A DNA stretch of 47,623 bases from a virus (taxonomy: Duplodnaviria > Heunggongvirae > Uroviricota > Caudoviricetes). Below the pieces are notes generated by a model. The model was not told the DNA's origin. It ran no database searches and was given only the letters and a program-made list of their open reading frames with translations. Where the stretch lies: IMG/VR virus record IMGVR_UViG_2541047842_000006; one strand, given 5' to 3'. This document shows positions 43,513 through 47,623 of this stretch, in pieces. How positions within the stretch are numbered: the stretch's first letter is position 1; each line of letters starts with the position of its first letter. The position numbers and the translations under genes were made by a program.

Positions 43513-45984
43513 ATGAGTAAAGTCTTTATTTGCGCCGCTATTCCTGACGAACTGGCAACAAGGGAAGAAGGCGCTGTGGCTGTAGCCACAGCCATTGAAG
43601 CTGGCGACGAACGCCGTGCTCGAGCAAAATTTCACTGGCAATTCCTGGAACATTATCCGGCTGCTCAGGACTGCGCTTATAAATTTATTGTCTGCGAGGA
43701 TAAACCTGGCATACCCCGCCCTGCCCTCGATTCATGGGATGCTGAATATATGCAGGAAAACCGCTGGGATGAGGAGTCTGCTTCTTTTGTCCCGGTTGAG
43801 ACTGAATCCGATCCGATGAACGTCACTTTTGACAAGCTGGCCCCTGAAGTACAGAACGCTGTCATGGTTAAGTTCGACACATGTGAAAACATCACCGTTG
43901 ATATGGTTATTAGCGCACAGGAATTGTTGCAGGAAGACATGGCAACATTCGACGGACATATCGTTGAAGCGTTGATGAAAATGCCAGAAGTTAACGCCAT
44001 GTATCCGGAGCTTAAGTTGCACGCCATTGGGTGGGTTAAGCATAAATGTATTCCTGGTGCTAAATGGCCCGAAATTCAGGCAGAGATGCGCATCTGGAAA
44101 AAACGTCGCGAAGGTGAACGCAAGGAAACCGGAAAATACACGTCTGTTGTTGATCTCGCCCGCGCCAGAGCCAATCAACAGTACACTGAAAATTCAACAG
44201 GAAAAATCAGCCCGGTCATTGCTGCCATTCATCGCGAATACAAGCAGACATGGAAAACACTGGATGACGAACTGGCCTACGCTCTCTGGCCTGGTGATGT
44301 GGATGCCGGAAACATTGACGGCAGCATCCATCGCTGGGCAAAAAATGAAGTTATCGATAACGACCGCGAAGACTGGAAGCGTATCTCGGCATCAATGCGC
44401 AAACAGCCTGATGCCCTTCGCTACGACCGCCAAACTATTTTTGGCCTTGTCCGTGAACGTCCGATCGACATTCACAAAGATCCCGTAGCACTGAACAAAT
44501 ATATCTGCGAATACCTGACGACAAAGGGCGTGTTTGAGAATGAAGAAACAGACCTGGGCACTGTTGATGTTCTCCAGTCATCAGAAACACAAACTGATGC
44601 AGTGGAAACTGAGGTATCTGATATCCCAAAAAATGAAACCGCGCCGGAAGCTGAACCATCTGTAGAGCGTGAGGGGCCGTTCTATTTCCTCTTCGCAGAT
44701 AAGGACGGAGAAAAATACGGTCGCGCAAACAAACTTTCTGGTCTGGATAAGGCACTGGCTGCTGGCGCCACTGAAATCACAAAAGAAGAATATTTTGCCC
44801 GAAAAAATGGCACATACACGGGCTTACCGCAAAATGTAGATACCGCTGAAGATTCAGAACAACCAGAGCCGATAAAAGTTACCGCTGACGAAGTAAACAA
44901 AATTATGCAGGCAGCCAATATCATCCAGCCTGACGCCGATAAGTTGCTTGCTGCATCACGTGGTGAATTTGTTGAAGGGATTAGTGACCCGAATGATCCG
45001 AAATGGGTTAAGGGGATCCAGACCCGCGATTCTGTGAACCAGAACCAGCATGAATCGGAACGGAACTACCAAAAAGCGGAACAAAACAGCCCAAATGCGT
45101 TACAAAACGAGCCAGAAACGAAACAGCCTGAATCAGTGGCGCAACAGGAAGTGGAAAAAGTCTGCACCGCCTGCGGTCAGACCGGCGGCGGCAACTGCCC
45201 TGATTGTGGCGCGGTAATGGGCGACGCAACATACCAGGAAACATTCGATGAAGAGTATCAGGTTGAAGTTCAGGAAGATGATCCGGAGAAAATGGAAGGC
45301 GCTGAACATCCACACAAGGAGAACACTGGCGGCAATCAGCATCACGATAGCGATAATGAAACTGGCGAGACGGCAGATCACTCAATTAAGGTGAACGGTC
45401 ATCACGAAATCACATCCACCAGCAGGACGTGTGACCATCTAATGATCGACCTTGAAACCATGGGAAAAAATCCTGATGCCCCGATCATCTCAATAGGTGC
45501 AATATTTTTCGATCCGCAAACCGGAGATATGGGACCGGAATTTATTAAGACTATCGATCTGGAAACTGCTGGCGGAGTCATTGATCGGGACACCATTAAA
45601 TGGTGGTTTAAGCAATCACGCGAAGCGCAATCTGCCATTATGACCGATGAAATCCCGTTAGATGATGCACTGTTACAATTGCGGGAATTTATCGACGAAA
45701 ACTCCGGTGAATTTTTTGTTCAGGTCTGGGGAAATGGAGCCAACTTCGACAACACGATTTTGCGCCGTTCATACGAACGGCAGGGGATCCCCTGCCCGTG
45801 GCGTTACTACAACGATCGCGATGTACGCACAATCGTTGAGCTGGGGAAAGCCATAGACTTCGATGCCAGAACGGCTATTCAATTCGAAGGTGAGCGCCAT
45901 AATGCACTTGATGACGCCCGTTACCAGGCAAAATACGTTTCAGTTATCTGGCAAAAACTGATCCCGAGTCAGGCTGATTCTTAA
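43513..45984 (+). CDS. large YdfE-like protein with C-terminal DnaQ-like (DEDDh) 3'-5' exonuclease domain
   Basis: 823 aa; C-terminal motifs MIDLETMG (Exo I), VWGNGANFD (Exo II), HNALDDARY (Exo III); central CTACGQTGGGNCPDCG zinc ribbon. Confidence 0.7.
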   Translation: MSKVFICAAIPDELATREEGAVAVATAIEAGDERRARAKFHWQFLEHYPAAQDCAYKFIVCEDKPGIPRPALDSWDAEYMQENRWDEESASFVPVETESDPMNVTFDKLAPEVQNAVMVKFDTCENITVDMVISAQELLQEDMATFDGHIVEALMKMPEVNAMYPELKLHAIGWVKHKCIPGAKWPEIQAEMRIWKKRREGERKETGKYTSVVDLARARANQQYTENSTGKISPVIAAIHREYKQTWKTLDDELAYALWPGDVDAGNIDGSIHRWAKNEVIDNDREDWKRISASMRKQPDALRYDRQTIFGLVRERPIDIHKDPVALNKYICEYLTTKGVFENEETDLGTVDVLQSSETQTDAVETEVSDIPKNETAPEAEPSVEREGPFYFLFADKDGEKYGRANKLSGLDKALAAGATEITKEEYFARKNGTYTGLPQNVDTAEDSEQPEPIKVTADEVNKIMQAANIIQPDADKLLAASRGEFVEGISDPNDPKWVKGIQTRDSVNQNQHESERNYQKAEQNSPNALQNEPETKQPESVAQQEVEKVCTACGQTGGGNCPDCGAVMGDATYQETFDEEYQVEVQEDDPEKMEGAEHPHKENTGGNQHHDSDNETGETADHSIKVNGHHEITSTSRTCDHLMIDLETMGKNPDAPIISIGAIFFDPQTGDMGPEFIKTIDLETAGGVIDRDTIKWWFKQSREAQSAIMTDEIPLDDALLQLREFIDENSGEFFVQVWGNGANFDNTILRRSYERQGIPCPWRYYNDRDVRTIVELGKAIDFDARTAIQFEGERHNALDDARYQAKYVSVIWQKLIPSQADS

Positions 45985-46056
45985 TGTTCAACTGTCGCCG
46001 GTTGTGACTGGTATTCTGCAACCGGCGCTCGTCTAATATAAGAGATAAAGAAATCG

Positions 46057-46308
46057 ATGAGCGAAGTAATCATGATTGTCTCTCCCGGCAAATGGGTATC
46101 CGAAGAGCAGTTAATTGCGCTGAAAGGAATAAAAAAAGGTACGTTAAAAAAGGCCCGGGAAAAATCGTTTATGGAAGGAAGGGAATATAAGCATGTCGCT
46201 CATGACGGTATGCCATGGGATAACAGTCCATGCTTTTACAACCTGGAAGAAATTGATCGCTGGATTGAGCGCCAGGCATCAGCAAGACCAAGACGTCATC
46301 TTACTTGA
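46057..46308 (+). CDS. excisionase-like protein
   Basis: 83-aa ORF immediately upstream of integrase; small basic DNA-binding-type protein. Confidence 0.6.
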   Translation: MSEVIMIVSPGKWVSEEQLIALKGIKKGTLKKAREKSFMEGREYKHVAHDGMPWDNSPCFYNLEEIDRWIERQASARPRRHLT

Positions 46309-46327
46309 CTAAAAGCCACACTAACTA

Positions 46328-47623
46328 ATGAGAGAAGTTGAAATGAAATATCCGACAGGCGTGGAAAACCATGGAGGGAAATTACGTATCTGGTTTGTTT
46401 ATAAAGGCGTAAGAGTCAGGGAAAACCTGGGGGTTCCTGACACAGCAAAAAACAGGCGCGTTGCAGGTGAGCTACGCGCCTCTGTTTGTTACGCAATAAA
46501 AACTGGTGTTTTCGACTATGCAAAACAGTTTCCCTCCTCACGCAATCTGGAAAAATTTGGTGAGGCCCGACAAGATTTAACCATAAAAGAACTGGCTGAA
46601 AAATTTCTGGCACTGAAAGAAACTGAAGTCGCAAAAACATCACTCAACACATACCGTGCCGTCATCAAAAATATCCTGAGCATAATCGGTGAAAAAAATC
46701 TTGCCTCATCGATTAATAAAGAAAAATTACTGGAGGTTCGTAAAGAGCTACTGACTGGATACCAGATCCCCAAAAGTAACTATATTGTTACACAACCAGG
46801 GAGATCGGCTGTAACTGTAAATAATTACATGACAAATCTTAACGCCGTGTTCCAGTTTGGTGTTGATAACGGTTACCTGGTAGATAACCCGTTTAAGGGG
46901 ATCTCGCCATTAAAGGAATCAAGAACCATTCCGGATCCTCTTTCGCGGGAGGAATTCATCCGTCTTATCGATGCGTGCAGAAATCAGCAAGCCAAAAATT
47001 TATGGTGTGTTTCTGTTTATACTGGCGTTCGCCCTGGTGAGCTGTGTGCACTTGGATGGGAGGACATAGATCTGAAAAATGGAACAATGATGATCAGGAG
47101 AAATTTAGCAAAAGACCGTTTCACGGTACCAAAAACACAGGCGGGAACCAATCGGGTCATTCATCTTATTAAGCCAGCAATCGACGCTCTCCGGAGTCAG
47201 ATGACATTAACGAGACTGAGCAAAGAGCATATCATTGATGTTCACCTCAGAGAGTATGGCAGAACAGAAAAACAAAAATGCACCTTTGTTTTTCAACCTG
47301 AAGTGTCAGCGAGAGTAAAAAATTATGGTGACCATTTTACCGTTGACTCAATAAGGCAGATGTGGGACGCAGCGATAAAACGTGCCGGACTCCGCCATCG
47401 AAAATCATATCAGTCGAGACATACTTATGCCTGCTGGTCGCTGACAGCTGGTGCTAACCCGGCATTTATAGCAAACCAGATGGGCCATGCAGATGCGCAA
47501 ATGGTATTTCAGGTATACGGAAAATGGATGTCTGAAAACAATAATGCACAGGTAGCTTTGTTAAATACACAGTTAAGCGAGTTTGCCCCAACCATGCCCC
47601 ATAACGAAGCAATGAAAAATTAA
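46328..47623 (+). CDS. tyrosine recombinase/phage integrase
   Basis: 431 aa; C-terminal catalytic region with conserved R...H..R...Y context (SRHTYACWSL, GHADAQMVFQVYGKW); stop codon is the last triplet of the window. Confidence 0.9.
   Translation: MREVEMKYPTGVENHGGKLRIWFVYKGVRVRENLGVPDTAKNRRVAGELRASVCYAIKTGVFDYAKQFPSSRNLEKFGEARQDLTIKELAEKFLALKETEVAKTSLNTYRAVIKNILSIIGEKNLASSINKEKLLEVRKELLTGYQIPKSNYIVTQPGRSAVTVNNYMTNLNAVFQFGVDNGYLVDNPFKGISPLKESRTIPDPLSREEFIRLIDACRNQQAKNLWCVSVYTGVRPGELCALGWEDIDLKNGTMMIRRNLAKDRFTVPKTQAGTNRVIHLIKPAIDALRSQMTLTRLSKEHIIDVHLREYGRTEKQKCTFVFQPEVSARVKNYGDHFTVDSIRQMWDAAIKRAGLRHRKSYQSRHTYACWSLTAGANPAFIANQMGHADAQMVFQVYGKWMSENNNAQVALLNTQLSEFAPTMPHNEAMKN

Overview
The window is an E. 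coli-type chromosomal segment occupied almost entirely by a near-complete lambdoid prophage of the Qin/Dic type, running from the MFS transporter gene ydfJ (left) to the phage integrase, whose stop codon is the last base of the window. Left to right it holds ydfJ, ydfK and a Pin-family invertase, then a full lambda-order morphogenesis block on the minus strand (tfa, stf, lom, J, I, K, L, M, H, G/T, V, U, Z, head-tail adaptors, a fused ClpP-protease/capsid gene, portal, W, large and small terminase). Next come accessory genes (ydfO-like, gnsB-like, and cspI split by a complete IS5 with TTAG target duplications), a phage-21-type lysis cassette (Rz/Rz1, SAR endolysin, pinholin), cspB/cspF, the Q antiterminator, nin-like genes and hokD. 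The right arm carries an O-like replication initiator with internal origin iterons, a DicC(Cro)/DicA immunity switch, the ydfA-ydfB/C-DicF-dicB-ydfD division-inhibition operon, a large YdfE-like protein with a DEDDh exonuclease domain, excisionase and integrase. The strongest candidate for something undescribed is a plus-strand, low-GC 595-aa orphan gene (37020..38807) with a C-terminal RNxxxH (HEPN-like) motif, sitting beside hokD where I recall the relBE toxin-antitoxin genes in K-12 Qin; I read it as a possible single-gene abortive-infection or defence determinant. All identifications rest on reading the six-frame translations and recalled family features; no database search was run, and K-12 comparisons are from memory.
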